Below are positions 51,201 to 64,000 of a DNA stretch of 64,000 bases, one piece after another (positions within the stretch are counted from its first letter, which is position 1; each line of letters opens with the position of its first letter). Both the position numbers and the translations under genes were made by a program. The stretch spans positions 1 to 64,000 of the forward strand of contig CBFFRP010000357.1 of NCBI GenBank assembly GCA_965644295.1, written 5' to 3'. The notes beneath the pieces are model-generated. The model was given only the letters and a program-made list of their open reading frames with translations, searched no databases and was not told the DNA's origin. This DNA is from Paraphysomonas bandaiensis (taxonomy: Eukaryota > Protista > Chrysophyceae).

Positions 51201-54200
51201 TCTCCTTTCCCATCCACACCTACAATAGTGACAGTTGAGTCTTTCGCCGCTTTCTGTGTTGAAGCATCTAAGTGAACAGACTTCAAAGAAGCACCAGAGA
51301 GCGTAGCCCCCGTCATGTCAACCAAATTAGACACCATGATAGACTCAGCAGATATCGAGGAGAGTCCAACTGCCACTCCGCCAGCAATAGACACATTACT
51401 CAGCGTATTACCATTGAAATCCACGGCCCCACTTTGAGCATAAGATCCAAGCTTCGAAACGTGCAACGTATTGTCGTAAAAACTCATAGATGAATCAAAT
51501 CCAATCTCTCCGGACGCAGTAACATGGACAATGCCACCAGCAGATGGCTCATCACCAAGGAATAGATGTCTAATAGTCGCACGATCCACTCCTTCTATAG
51601 ACTCAACCGACATGGATTTCGCATTTCGAATATTGAATTCATGGAAGTCAATATCATCCCATAAATCAGTGATTTTCAACTGACCCTCTTCTGACAACGC
51701 AACTGACGGAGAAGCTTTGAGCAATCCATTCTGATTGAAATACGCAATACCAGAAGCCTTTGACAGAGTGATATCTGTGGCGACTATACTAGCATCATGG
51801 ATGATTGACTTCGCAATCACCGCATTCCTGAAAATATACTTATATAAAATAGACAGTGGAAAAACACACTTACGAAATGGTCTTGGACTTGGCATCCACG
51901 TCAGCTTCCAATGTTGTAAACTTCAAGCCCGGAGCTGAGAGTACTCCATTCATGTAGGACAAGCCAGAGCGACCACGCAATAGACCTCCGACACCCCCCA
52001 CTACAATCTCTCCTCGGTTCAGTGACGAAAGCTTAAATCCTCCCGCCTCAATAGTGTAGTTGCCAATATTGATATCATTTGCCACTTCGAATTTCTTTAC
52101 ATTGGAAATCGAATCAAGTGGAGCCGCAAGAGCCTGCACGTCAACCCACCGAGAGCCATCGTAAACCAGCATGACAGTACAGTCCACAGGAATATGCAGC
52201 TCCCCCCCACCCGTAGTAGCCCGTACAACAGAATTGTCACTGTTATGAATAATTATAATCTGACCTTCAAAAGCGCCGTCAGGGCGGGTTGGTAGTGTTG
52301 CAATATTAGCTTTCTCTGATTTATCGTCTTGAATATCAACAAATGATGCATCGAAGGGGATGGAAATGGAGTCCCCAGCACTCAGAAGTAGTTTAGCAAC
52401 AGAAACACCTCCTTTCATACGGGCGTGCTCATTGACCTCTAACCCACTCGCCGTGGTAATACTACCTGCCGTCTTAAGGCTTCCATCACCACCAACAGAA
52501 AAGACTCCCTTGTCATTGACTTTTGCATCGATGAGACTGAAGTCATCTTCATTCGACTGCATATCTATTACAAAAGCGTTGCCAGTAAAATCTCCATTGG
52601 AATACTCAACAACGAGAAGAGGTGCGGCCGCATCATCACCTGACGCATGCAGTGACTTCGCACTTAGTTTTGTATTTTCTAATGACAGTCCGCCGGATGC
52701 GACAGATAATCCACCTTGCACAAACAAACCACCAGAAGAGATATGTACTCCACCGGAATCAATCTCTAGGCCTCCCGAAAACATTCTTACACCTGCTAGA
52801 GACAGATTCCCCCGTGAGGTCAAGTCAAATGTCGTCACACCGTCTACAATCCCGCGGATCATGCTCGAATTATCACCAGTGATAGCGTTGATTTCTAGCA
52901 GAGAACCGTTAAATTGCTCCTGCCCGGATCGTAGCTCCAGCAAAGGGCCACTGTGTCTAAAAACAATATTATCAAGAACACAAGTCGTAATTGATAGGAT
53001 ATTGATGCAACAAGGTATTCCAATGTAGACAAATATAAAAAAATCGAAATTTTACCACACATTTTGCAACGTACTTGTTCGTATCAATGGTCATTCCCTC
53101 AGGATTAAGTGCAAAGCCTGAACCAATTGTGAGGGAGTCTTCAACAACTGCAGAGCCGTGTACATCAAGAGAGTTCACAATATTGATACTCTGTGCGGTC
53201 ACAAGGCCATCCTCGACAGCAAATGACTCATTAGCTGCAGTGAGTTTCCCGATTGTGTGGATATCACCACCACCAGTGATGTTCAGCACACCCATCGTAC
53301 GGAGAGGAGACACCTCCCCCGCAGTATTCAGCGTTCGAGGAGCAAAAGTGCGCAACTCCAAATGTGTATCCGACAACTGCGCAGCGGTACTCATAACCTG
53401 CACACCAACACATAACCAAAGCAGTATTCATGGCCATATACAATTCCTATACCATTACGGAGGAGCTGGTGTCCCGCGTCTCCGCGTGATTTTTCGACGG
53501 TTCTAAGCTCAAGAGTGTGGAGCCTTTCGCCGGTAGTTCCATCCCAACAGCCCCAGTAACTCCCATGTCGCCATTGTGAATGAACTTTTTATCACCGCGA
53601 ATTGTGGTCACAGGGCGTTGCAAGTCGCCCTCACTATACGACAGTGCGGCTTGGAAGAAGTTAAACTTTTCCGAGTATGAGCGCACCGCCACAGCTTTGA
53701 GAACAGTTCCGGTAAAGAAAGGTCCATCGTGCGTCACGACAGTATCATCCTGAAGTGTGATGCAAAGTTAAAGGGATGAGGCAACACACAACTAAACTGA
53801 TGTCGAACTTCCAAAATACGTGCACACAAGGAAATATACAACGCGCAGTACATAGGTGGTAAGTACCTTTGTGTCAGTTGTGTCATCACAGGCAGGGCCA
53901 TGGAAGCCTCGGTCACAAATACAACTTCCAATGCGCATGTCACAAGTTCCATGATTTCCACACTCATAGTATCCTATAATCATAGTACTCAAAAATAACA
54001 CGAAGAATATGTTTGGCAAAAGCATACACCAACCGCACCTGGTACATTCTCTGCTACAACATCAGTAACTTCACAATATGGTTCGATAGCCTTGAATTCA
54101 TCGACACGATCCACATTACAACCAAATGCGCTCAAGGGAGGGTTTCCTGAATGGTTGAACAAATTGTTCTCGAACGGAGTTGTGGACCAAGAATTGAATG

Positions 54201-54732
54201 TTATCAAATAAGAATACGAGGAGGTTTGTTCCGCGCCAATTCGTTCATTAACACAGGTTGCATCTCCAACGCCTTGCATTTTACGCACAATTCGGGTGCA
54301 TTCTTCGGACGATAAATTGTCAGGGTTGGCATCAAGTAGCACTTGTGCACCGTTGTAAGTCAAGGCCGCCCGGCCTTCAAGTTTTCCCGATTCACGACCG
54401 ATAGTGAGTCGAATTGCTCGACGTGGCATATCATCCGTAACAGTTGTAGCATCAAATGCTTTGGGGCATATACCTGTGTACCATCTCATTATTATGAGCA
54501 TATAGTGTATATACAGCACTCACGTCTCGAGCAGTCCGCTCCAGTGTATCCATTATTACATATACAATACCCCGCATCTCCAGGATCTGTACACACACCA
54601 TTCTTGCTACACCAATTCATACATCTGTATATAATATGAGCTCTATCCGTGTGTAGTGGGAGATGATAGATAGACATACCTTGCATGAGCAGTTGCAGCC
54701 CATAAGATGCTTATTAATGCGGTTAATTTCAT
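48236..54732 (-). CDS. Secreted ~1950-aa protein: signal peptide, EGF/tenascin-like domains, long beta-repeat fibre region, C-terminal peptidase S74 intramolecular chaperone domain and coiled coil; ~10 exons
   Basis: Exon 1 MKLTALISILWAATAHA; CMNWCSKNGVCT...CICNNGYTGADCS; ECGNHGTCD...CICDRGFHGPAC; repeats like L.L.G..S.LL..D..G.V; SSDRRFKTNI...LRGV...MGWIADEVESVIPELV...HVAYSRAVAVLGEAIKEL. Confidence 0.9.
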
Positions 54733-55280
54733 AATAATCGAGTGATATTAAATAAACATACGTGTATATAGTAGAGAGTGTGTTTGTATTAGTATATCAT
54801 CCATATGACGCAGATTGAGAGGAGTGTGTTAATGTTATTCCAGTATGCTATGCACACAGACACACACATACATACATATGCAGACTAGCGTACACACGCA
54901 TCAGTGGATACTGCTGTATGTATGTACAGTATGATCCACTGCATCAACACAACTCTACGTGTGTTTTCATATAAAAAATCTAGAGGAGATTTTGAAATCA
55001 TTTACACCAGTACGAACTCCGTACATTGAAATATCAGAAGAAATATCAATGAACACCTAAAACCCATAGTTTTTTTCTATGAAAACTTCTAATATCTACA
55101 GTTTGTAACCAAATCCCTACTATTTAGCGTGTTAGAATATGGACTAAACTAAGCAGTGTGATAGATCAGAGATGTACGGCAGATGCCATATGTTACCATC
55201 TCACCTCCCTCTCCTTAATATCATCACATCACAATATACCATACATACATAACATACTCCATACTATTCCCTTATATACC

Positions 55281-57957
55281 ATGATATCATCATACAGTTT
55301 ATGTCCGCTATTAATCCTGTTGTTTGTTAGTGTAACTGTTGCTAAGAGAGTCACGTATGACTCCTCATTACCACACCCCTCACACATACTGCCATTACAT
55401 CAACAGCCCTTTCGACACAATAGACGTTTATCATCTGCAGAGTTAGCCCCATTATATCCAGGATATGGAACACATATATCTTATATATATGTGGGTACAC
55501 CTGCACAGCGACAGTCTGTTATTATCGACACGGGCAGCTCCTACACTGCATTCCCCTGCATAGGCTGTAAGGACTGTGGACAACACACAGATCATTATTT
55601 TGATCCAAAAAATTCATCAACTGCTGTAATTCCGAAATGTGGGAAATCTGTTTGTTCGATATCACAGTCATACTCTGAGGGAAGCTCCTGGAAGGCGTAC
55701 AAAGTGACAGACAAACTCTGGGTAGGCGGACTTACAGAAGGGCTTGTAAAAGATGCTCAAAATTTGGCTATTGACTTCCTATTCGGCTGTCAGACGAGTG
55801 AGACAGGACTATTTCGCTCGCAATTGGCAGATGGTATTATGGGTATGTCCCGATCAGCCTCAACTCTTGTCCCTCAGCTGTATGAGCACAAAGTTGTCGA
55901 CTCCAAAATTTTTGGATTATGCTTTCGTATCGGAGGTGGAATTATGACCCTAGGCGGGATAGATCAGCGCATTCATTCATCCGACATTTTGTATGCGAAG
56001 ATATATCCGAGTTCCTCGAACTGGTTCACTGTGCGTCTGTTGGAACTAGCATTGGTGGAAAACACAGTGAAAAAGGAAGTGCACATCGTAAGCTCCTCGG
56101 CTAGTATTCTCAATTCTGGTAGTGGAGTTATCATTGACTCGGGTACAACGGACACCTACTTACCCTCTCGTCTTAGTGCTGATTTCGTAAGGGCTTTTGA
56201 ATTAGCCACTGGGATTAAGTACAGTAACAAGCCCATGACTCTGACCGCCAAACAAATTGAAAAGTTACCCAACATTCGAATCAAACTCCAAGGGGTTTCT
56301 GGACATGATGATGATGTAGTAGAACTCATAATGCCGCTGAGTAGCTATGCAGACACCGATGGCAAGGGCAAATATACATTCAGAGTGTATTTGACAGAAT
56401 CTTCCGGAGGAGTACTTGGAGCGAATTTTATGCGCGGTATGAATATTATTTTCGACGACTATCACCAGAAGGTTGGATTCGCTTCCTCGTCGTGTCGCTA
56501 TGAGGATTACGAGGACATAGAAGTTACTCCCCCTGCGTCAGTGTTTACGATGCCCCCCATCCCTGCTCCTGTGCCATTGCCTGTAGATTCGAACAACTGT
56601 ACTCTGTCACCGACTGGGTATTGCACTGCCACATGTCGTAGGAACGTTGGTACGAAGCCTAAACCCTACGTTATGCTGGGAAATCAATCTTTTTTCGATG
56701 ATTGCACATTTAAAGAGATTCAAAAACCCTGCAGGGAGTTCTGTCGCAGTGATAACACGATCGCCCGCGGGCCGTCATTGAAGTGTCTTAACACAGTGTG
56801 GTCGGAGTGTGACCATCATTGCAAGCAGACTCGCATGGTCGCCACAGGAAACGAGAAGAAATGTAAGATGAAGAAGGAAGTACGATCTTGCACCACCGAC
56901 AACTGTCCAAAGAACTTGGAGGACTTTTTTGTGCTAGCGGACTTGAAATTTTGGTTTCCACCTGTAGTGCCACCTGGCAAATGGGACAAGATATATGAGG
57001 AGGATCTATTCACTGCTCTATCAAAAATTCTGGAGGTACGTTATGTTGCGATGATTACGTACTTGTTTCGAATTGTTGTATTTGCTGGGTTAGTGTTATA
57101 TCTTTGCAAATGTGCATCGTGAGATTAGATTGCAACATCGTCAATGCGTGCTGCAGTTGTTCTTATTTATCATTAGGTGCCTGTCGGCAATATGGACTTG
57201 TTAGTGGATATGGAGGCTGATAGCAGTGATAGCTCATTTCGTCGACTTTCTTATAAGCGGTTCGTAAAACTCCAGCTTCAGGTCTTCATATCACGCGCGG
57301 CATATCCCCGCGTGGAGTACTTCAACAACCAAGTGCAATACGTTTTGGATATTTTGAATCTACCCAGTCTTAAATTCGGTGAGCTGGTTATGCCAATATT
57401 GAATGAAATTTGTGCAGAGCGTGACGGAGGTCGTGTTATCCGTTATGCAGCTTTGTTTCCCGAGGATATAGTGGTTCAACGAGCAGTGGCGCTCCCTATG
57501 AGTAATCAACGCGATCCTTTCAACATTCCTAATGCCGTACCGTCCGCAACTACCACTTCTGATTCTGCCGGAGGACTGTCGATGAACGAATACTTTCTTA
57601 TCGGTATTGCTCTAGGCGCTGTGGTGATAATGATTGTAGTATTGGTGATGTACTACCGCCTAAAACTGGAGCATGCTGCACTGGCAAAAGACAAGTCCAT
57701 ATCTGGTGGGACATCTATGGTGCAGATGTGGAACAGGTGAGTGCATGTGTGTATGCCCATCATGTTAAGAATACTAGTGTTGTGTTTTTTATGTTTAAAC
57801 TCCTGTCCACAGGCTTAAAGCAGCAGACAGTCGACGTACCACACGGGCCAATCCTCAGATGTTTCCCTCTGCCGATGCTGGCAGTAGTCGTGGGCTAATG
57901 GCCGCCGCAAATGACGATAGTGACGACGAAAATGACAGTGAGTTTGGTCTCAAATAG
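55281..57957 (+). CDS. A1 aspartic protease, plasmepsin V/ASP5-like, with Cys-rich (TSP1-like) region and C-terminal TM; exons 55281-57035, 57177-57736, 57813-57957
   Basis: Signal peptide; IIDTGSSYTAFPCIGCKDCGQH; SYSEGS; FGCQ..ETGLF..Q.ADGIMG; IIDSGTT; LGANFM; WSECDHHC; TM YFLIGIALGAVVIMIVVLVMYY. Confidence 0.92.
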
Positions 57958-58334
57958 GACAGCTTCTTACGCAAATGTAATTGTGTGTTTTGCGCAAAAA
58001 CTTCGCTGCGTGTTCAATCAGTAGGTGTGGCGTAGTAATATTAGATTTGAGTTTAATCAGAGAAGTATTTCCATTGAATAATAATTGTTTATTGCTAGTA
58101 CAGAAGTTTGTACAGAAGGAGACAGGTCTTCTGGTATGCTTTGTACTTTATACTTTATACATCTCAATAATACTTAGAAATTATATAGATGTGCAAAATA
58201 TAAAAGTAGGTGATAGGTGAACATTGTTTTCCTTAAGATACACAATTCACGAAAGTATTCAGCATGATAAGCTACTAGAATCTAAAATATTAATTATAGA
58301 CAGGATATATTAAGTGTTAGGTCACTAGGATTGT

Positions 58335-58450
58335 ACTATCTTCAGCAGTACAATAACCCGAAACACACAGCAAAAACGTGAAGTGGGTAGAGGATAACGT
58401 AGTCACGCCGCTAGATCTCCCTTCTCAATCTCCCGATTAGAATCTTATAC
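58335..58450 (+). mobile_element. Tc1/mariner transposase relic
   Basis: LQQYNNPKHTAK...KWVEDNVVTPLDLPSQSPD*NLI matches the Tc1 motif QQDNDPKHT...WPSQSPDLNPI. Confidence 0.75.
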
Positions 58451-59162
58451 ATTCTTCTATATACCTGAGCAATGTTGCATTGGTTTGACCTCAATGATGT
58501 AATGTTTTGCTAGAAATATGCATAATTGCTTTATAAGTTCTTTACTAAAAGTTGACTAATTCAAATCATTTTTAATTTAGTCTAAACCAAGTCTATTTCA
58601 ACTGCATTGACTGGATTCAAATTAATATCCATTTCTCGCTTAACTTCATACATTGCAACTACATTGACCCTTCACATTCGAAATGTGTTCCTAATTATAA
58701 TGTATGTCTTATGTTACCAGGAAGAGTTGCCCATTTAATATATTTGATATTTCCATGCTAGGATGAGAGTGTTTCACTTATCTCTAAGAGACTATTCTCC
58801 TTTGAAGCAATGGTTAAACAGGGTGGTGTTCCAGAGGCCTGGAGCACTGTAGAGCATATGATGTAGTTGACACATGCCTGTGTCAGTACACCCTCTATCA
58901 CAAGCTTATCATATCATCACATCATCATAAGCTTATGATGCAGCAGAGAGACAGCACGCTTGAAGCCTGTGTGTCCTCTAGAGTATCCAAGTGGGTTTTC
59001 AATGACCTCTTCCGCTTCATTTGAAGGGTGTTCAAACCATCTTGGTGTGTCTGTGTGTCGCTTACTTATATCACTCATAGCAGTGTATGACCTTACAAAA
59101 GATACATACACACCAACTATCGTACCGTATCCTACCACTCATCAGAAAAACAATAGGGTTTT

Positions 59163-59771
59163 ATACATACATACATACATACATACATACATACATACAT
59201 ACATACATACATACATACATACATACATACATACATACATACATACATACATACATACATACATACATACATACATACATACATACATACATACATACAT
59301 ACATACATACATACATACATACATACATACATACATACATACATACATACATACATACATACATACATACATACATACATACATACATACATACATACAT
59401 ACATACATACATACATACATACATACATACATACATACATACATACATACATACATACATACATACATACATACATACATACATACATACATACATACAT
59501 ACATACATACATACATACATACATACATACATACATACATACATACATACATACATACATACATACATACATACATACATACATACATACATACATACAT
59601 ACATACATACATACATACATACATACATACATACATACATACATACATACATACATACATACATACATACATACATACATACATACATACATACATACAT
59701 ACATACATACATACATACATACATACATACATACATACATACATACATACATACATACATACATACATACA

Positions 59772-59800
<29 letters not shown>
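59163..59800. repeat. Perfect (ACAT)n microsatellite, ~640 bp
   Basis: Read directly from the sequence. Confidence 0.99.
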
Positions 59801-59804
<4 letters not shown>

Positions 59805-60289
59805 CATTAATCAAGATTAAGGTGATGTCGTACATAAGATGTGTGTGCATGTTTGTATGAAGGTGTTGTCGTAGATAACGTATGTATGTACATATGTTAC
59901 TATCATTGTGTGTCATACCGTGTAGAGTTGTTTACTTATCATTTATCAAGATGACGTTGTTGTAGCTAAGAAATTGTAGCTTTTGATATGCACACTTAAA
60001 ATTAAAGAACTATCAATGCCGTACACGATTCAACATGCAGATTTCATTGTACAAGCTACGTACGAAATTCACAATTATATCCAGCACACTAGAATATATT
60101 TCATCATTAGCACGTGGAGGAACATTATTGAAGTTGCTGTATCCATCTGGAAGCAGCCCATTATCACTCACGATGGTATTAACAAATGACATCACGCACT
60201 GTACTAGCTCGAATAAAAGCAATAACATCACTCTTCTGTATGTCAAACGTCAAACCGACGACTTATGAGACGATATGGTCTTATTCAGC

Positions 60290-61358
60290 TCACCCTATCT
60301 CCATAGAACCATAAATCATACAGACAGATCAATGGTATTCTGGCTGTAAATCTCCAACCCTTTGGAACGAAGTGCATAATCTGACCATCTTGTCAGTTAA
60401 AGGTTTTCCACCATTGCACATTACATTTACATTTTTTGTCTTGCATGATGCTCTTCTTTGTCACTGACTCTTCTGTCCGCTTTGTGTCCTTGGTCTTGAA
60501 CAAGCATTGAGTCACCTTCCCAGTCAAAAGTTCAATCATCAAGGAAGCTACTGAATCAGATCTACTCATCAAATTCCACATCAGTACAAAATATTCCCAC
60601 ATGAACAAGATATAGGACCAACTGTCTGCAATGATACCATTAACATCATCTTCGTCGCTAAAATCGTACAGCCATTCATTTTTAACGGACTTTTAACCCC
60701 TTCTTCTTTCATGAGTTCTTTCTTCTTCAGTTCATTGATGTCTTTCTTGTAGCCATCTACGGCCTGGCTTAGTTCTACATATGGCCAAAGTAATCAAGAC
60801 AGATGTCTTTCGGGAATGGAATCTTCAAAATTTCATCATCATCTAGAGCTTCAGGGTACTCTGCTTTACACCACACTGCAATATGGCCAACCTTTGCTTG
60901 TATGCTGATTTCACTCCTGCTATTGTTCGTTTCTTCATATAGTCAGATACATTATCAGCATTGGAGTCAACAGACACAACCGGCTGTCGGCGTATACGGC
61001 CACTTCCTCTTCCCCTTTGAGGTAACTCTTCCTCCCTGCCTGAACATGTCTCACTCATGTTTGCAGTAACTATGGTCGAATATTGATATGCCACTAACGG
61101 CTGTCATGTTCAAGGAGAATAGTAGAGTATTCTAACAGTGTTTTACAACAAATAAAGTGGCTATTTCCCTATAAAATGGTATTTTTATTATATAAAAGTG
61201 CCGGTTTTTGTGTGAAGCCTAAAGCTTCACATATGCATTGAATATGAGTATCTACTATATATTTGTCCGTATTCGAGGCATATGTGAAGCTTTTGGCTTC
61301 ACACTAGGGGTTTTTAGATGAGGAAAAAACCCATAGAGCTTCACATATGCAGTCCATA
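60290..61358 (-). mobile_element. Second, diverged and internally deleted Crypton-type element
   Basis: Homologous to 227-1290 (FMWEYFVLMWNLMSRSDSVASLM); keeps a C-terminal piece WWKTFN*QDGQIMHFVPKGWRF; left end TATGGACTGCATATGTGAAGCT is fused to the microsatellite. Confidence 0.8.
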
Positions 61359-61544
61359 CATACATACATACATACATACATACATACATACATACATACA
61401 TACATACATACATACATACATACATACATACATACATACATACATACATACATACATACATACATACATACATACATACATACATACATACATACATACA
61501 TACATACATACATACATACATACATACATACATACATACATACA
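61355..61544. repeat. (TACA)n microsatellite directly upstream of the sterol oxidase gene
   Basis: Read directly from the sequence. Confidence 0.99.
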
Positions 61545-61578
61545 GTACATATGATATGGATATGTATGTATAGCACTC

Positions 61579-62505
61579 ATGGTTGTTCATATTATATCTA
61601 CAATGTCGGCATCTCTCTATCAAACTATATATACATCTTTCCAATCAAATCCTCAACTCTTCTTCACTCTTTGTGTATGTGTCAGTCACACTCTGCCTGT
61701 ATTACTGCATCAGTTGTTCCTCTCGTTCATAAGATACTTCCATCTGTTCAATGAGTGTGCTATCCAGCCAGGAAAGAGTCCTTCATATGCATTAGTCTCT
61801 CAATGTATAATCAATTCTATTTTAAATCATTTTATTGTCATTCCAATCTTCATATGGCTGACATATCCGTTACTGTCTGATGTCCTTCTCATGTCACCAG
61901 AAACACTCCCGAATACATCAACAATCATATGGCACTTAATAGTTTGTATGCTACTGGAAGATTTCACGTTTTATTGGTCTCATAGGACACTGCACCATCC
62001 ACTTCTATATAAGAGAATCCATAAGAAGGTACTCCGCAGTTGCCGTTCAGGGCGAATGTCTTGTATCTTGTATCGATATTGCAAGTCATCTTCATTACCT
62101 ATTATACGCATTTTATACGTATTTACCTGACAGCTCTATTTGTAGCACCACGAGTTTAAAGTCTTGCATGGTGTGAGTTTGGCGGCAGAATACACCCACC
62201 CAATAGAGAGTCTACTCGGAAATATAATCCCTGTATTGGCAGGTCCACTGCTGCTGGGAAGCCATCTGTATACATTTTCCTTGTGGCTTTTCTTGAGGAT
62301 GTGGAAAGCATGTGACGCACACTGTGGTTATGCATTTAAGTGGTCACCTTTCGGCTTGTGCTTTCCTCTAAATGCTGCAGTTCGACATGATTTTCATCAC
62401 GAAACTGGGCTGGGGTCATATGGGTCTTTTTTCATTTTTTGGGACACACTATGTGGGACTGATGCTGATTATTTACAGAGACAAGCAAAGATTAAAGCTT
62501 CATGA
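61579..62505 (+). CDS. Fatty-acid hydroxylase superfamily protein, sterol C4-methyl oxidase (ERG25/SMO)-like; intron ~62029-62146
   Basis: His boxes HRTLH, HKK|HH, HDFHH; EDFTFYW, AAEYTHPIE, DAHCGY, WDTLCGTD. Confidence 0.9.
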
Positions 62506-62966
62506 TTTATGCAGTATGCCACAAAAAATAAATCTGTATTCCTGAATTGAAAGAGCAGACGGTAAATATACAAAATTACCTAATGTAAATTGAGTAACAA
62601 CAGAAATATGGTCGGTATAAATATAAGAAGCACTGCTCTATTGATATGTTATTTACGATATTTTGATTTTTTCCATGTATGCAGTGGAGTTTCTAGCAGG
62701 TAACTTCACATTAGCGATTAGCGCAAGTAATAGTACTAATTTGCAATGTTGAGTACTTATCGAAAGCTTAGAACAGTATGGCTTGTAGCTTGTAGTAATG
62801 CAATACACTTTACAAAATTCAAGTAGTCGTTTCTATTCCATAACTATTGTTATTATTGAAAAAGGTGAGTTTCGTTTCATGTTGTCACATTTCTTTTTCG
62901 TTAGAATGTCACCAGTCTCCAGTACAAATTTTTAGTACTGGTATGAAGTATTCGATCACTCTAAAA

Positions 62967-64000
62967 CAGGGATAGGGAACAATATATTGCAATATATTGT
63001 AAAATATATTGATTGGTGGACTGGTCAAATATTCCATCAATAGTGTTTCTGTTAATAGAGCTCACAATACTATTGCAATATATTGCAATCAATATTATGA
63101 TAGTCATATAAGAGAAGATCCTCAACTGTATGGTGCAAAATATACGCCTCTGTATACAAATATCCGGAAAATAAGAAAAAAAGCCTATTTTTGATGTTAT
63201 TTTCTATTTTTTATGTATCGCCAGCTCAAACAGCACTCTACACCTCTCCACATGTATGTACAGTACTTCTCTTAATATAGTATATATATCCTATAGTGAC
63301 AAGAAGAGACAACTGAATGATGAGTGCATACAAGAGTAGGGACATTTACCGCTGTTTTTGGAGTCCGGTCGAAGGTGTCCCGAACAAACACGAGTGTAAA
63401 ATCTGCGGACGTAAACGACAACAGAATATTCGGAATGGATACAACAATCTAAAGGATCACACTTTCTCTCATGATGTGTGGGAGGAGACATTGAAGAGGT
63501 ATTTACGGGCTGTCTGCACCAATGGTCCCATGGATGCTTTTGTTCTGCAGCCTTCAGACAAGGCGAAAACAATTTATGAGTGGGTGGAGTGGATTGTCGA
63601 GGAAAATCTTCCATTAAATTTCTGTGAGAAGAAATTAACTAGAAATAAGACTTCTTTGGGTAAGATAACTACAAAAACACTGAAAAAATATATGAGACTG
63701 TTGGAACTGAAGCTACGTGATATGATTAAAGATGCGTATAAAAGATCATGTATTAAAAATTGAAGACTTACCGCTTGCAGTTACTGATATGATTCCTACT
63801 CCTCGACAGAATACCGAAATAATCGCCCTTGTAGACGACCTGAGGAAGTTTGAAAGCGTCTCGAAATTGCTTCAAACTGGAGGATCAAGTCAAGTGAATC
63901 TTTATGAATGCCGGAACATATTTGATGGCTTATTGAGGGACTTTAGGCCAAAGTATCCACTATCTGCTTTACAGAAAAACAGTCCCATTGTTAATGATCC
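62967..64000 (+). mobile_element. hAT family A element, internally deleted transposase (63317 onward); runs off the window end
   Basis: End CAGGGATAGGGAACAATATATTGC with caatatattg subterminal repeats; BED finger HECKICG...YNNLKDH...H; YEWVEWIVEENLPLNFCE; later FESVSKLLQ. Confidence 0.88.

Noticed and set aside
49095-53506. Long plus-strand ORFs overlapping the fibre gene
   Set aside because: Antisense shadows of a biased coding sequence.
48236-54732. Prophage or endogenous virus because of the S74 tail-fibre domain
   Set aside because: The gene has many spliceosomal introns, a signal peptide and EGF domains; no capsid, packaging ATPase or polymerase genes are nearby.
59163-59800. Telomeric repeat
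   Set aside because: Internal 4-mer with no G-run; it occurs at several interstitial sites in both orientations.

Overview
Intron-containing eukaryotic nuclear DNA (GT-AG introns, standard code), most likely a flagellated stramenopile such as a chrysophyte/ochrophyte; this is inferred from CryptonS-like elements, p25alpha/IQ and mastigoneme-like EGF proteins and a plasmepsin V-like protease. About 16 genes are interspersed with decayed transposons (Crypton, hAT, Helitron-like, Tc1, possibly Copia) and long (TATG/TACA)n microsatellites. Main points: (1) a near-identical head-to-tail array of a 2267-bp defective Crypton-type tyrosine-recombinase element with att-like junctions, whose ends abut TATG tracts and whose terminal motif has changed in concert in a second family member; (2) a ~1950-aa secreted EGF + beta-repeat fibre + peptidase S74 autochaperone protein (phage-tail-fibre architecture, multi-intron gene), head-to-head with a plasmepsin V/ASP5-like protease; (3) a probably myristoylated Lipase_3-GTPase fusion; (4) TACA-rich, A-tract-poor promoter regions. 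All family calls are from motif recognition by eye; no searches were run.
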